64,000 bases of DNA from a virus. Its lineage: Duplodnaviria; Heunggongvirae; Uroviricota; Caudoviricetes. The notes under the pieces were generated by a model, which was given only the letters and a program-made list of their open reading frames with translations, had not been told where the DNA came from and made no database searches. The stretch lies in the IMG/VR virus record IMGVR_UViG_3300037484_000445, positions 387,926 to 451,925 of that record. One strand, written 5' to 3'. Shown one piece after another: positions 63,697-64,000 of this stretch (its first letter is position 1; every line of letters starts with the position of its first letter). Made by a program: the position numbers and the translations under genes.

Positions 63697-64000
63697 CCCA
63701 GACCAGGGTGATGCTGGTTCCTAGGTTCCAGTTCTTCTACCGAAGAGCAAAAACCAATTGATCGAAATCTGACTGGTCCCTCTCCCAAGAGGTCAGATGC
63801 GTCGGCCCCCCATGTAACCCAAGAGGTCAAACCCAGGGGAGCTGAAAAGGAGTCTCACCGCCGAGGATGGCGCTGACTCCCACCAAGTATGGAGCAAAAC
63901 AGTGACGATCCAAGCAAAGCTGAAAAACAAAGAGGTCTCGTCCAGGGACGTTGTCTCTTGCTTTGCCCGATCACTACTAGGTCAAGAGATCCTCTCCCCA

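Noticed and set aside
1-64000. CRISPR array, rRNA or tRNA genes
   Set aside because: No regularly spaced direct repeats or convincing cloverleaf/T-loop seen by eye; tRNAscan-SE would be decisive.
1-64000. Bacterial chromosome origin
   Set aside because: Housekeeping-type genes are scattered among dozens of short unknown ORFs and share repeated phage-style promoter motifs; no ribosomal or core operons.
1-64000. Genome-wide TGA or TAG recoding
   Set aside because: Well-conserved genes end at TGA (tdk, nadE, recombinase) or TAG (SBP-OmpA, nadD) at the expected lengths.

Overview
A 64 kb segment of a large (jumbo-type) dsDNA bacteriophage genome: about 110 densely packed, mostly short genes on both strands, with no rRNA, tRNA, CRISPR array or core structural/replication module. 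A Myxococcota host is suggested by the style of the NadD, Tmk and TPP-enzyme sequences (inference only). Recognisable cargo: thymidine kinase, thymidylate kinase, dCTP deaminase, CoaD, a complete Preiss-Handler NAD route (PncB, NadD, glutamine-dependent NadE) clustered with an ADP-ribosylglycohydrolase and a SLOG protein, a Tad2/DUF2829-like protein, three HD hydrolases, a metallophosphoesterase, a radical SAM enzyme, a TPP enzyme, a tyrosine recombinase, RRM, histone H1-like and tandem-dsRBD proteins, a papain-like protease, and a PspA-like/SBP-OmpA/ABC operon. The intergenic DNA shows two very frequent promoter-like motifs, CTTAA-N17/18-CGTA and GGTGTA, that usually sit 8-12 nt before a start codon with no Shine-Dalgarno (probable leaderless mRNAs). 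A third motif, CTTAT, marks proteins sharing an N-terminal RVAARY/F-like tag. Other oddities are a capsid-like tail on Tmk, an ORF enclosed by a 19-bp inverted repeat, and a double-TGA ORF followed by a structured element. Four homopolymer frameshifts suggest indel errors in the sequence. All family calls come from motif recognition, not database searches.
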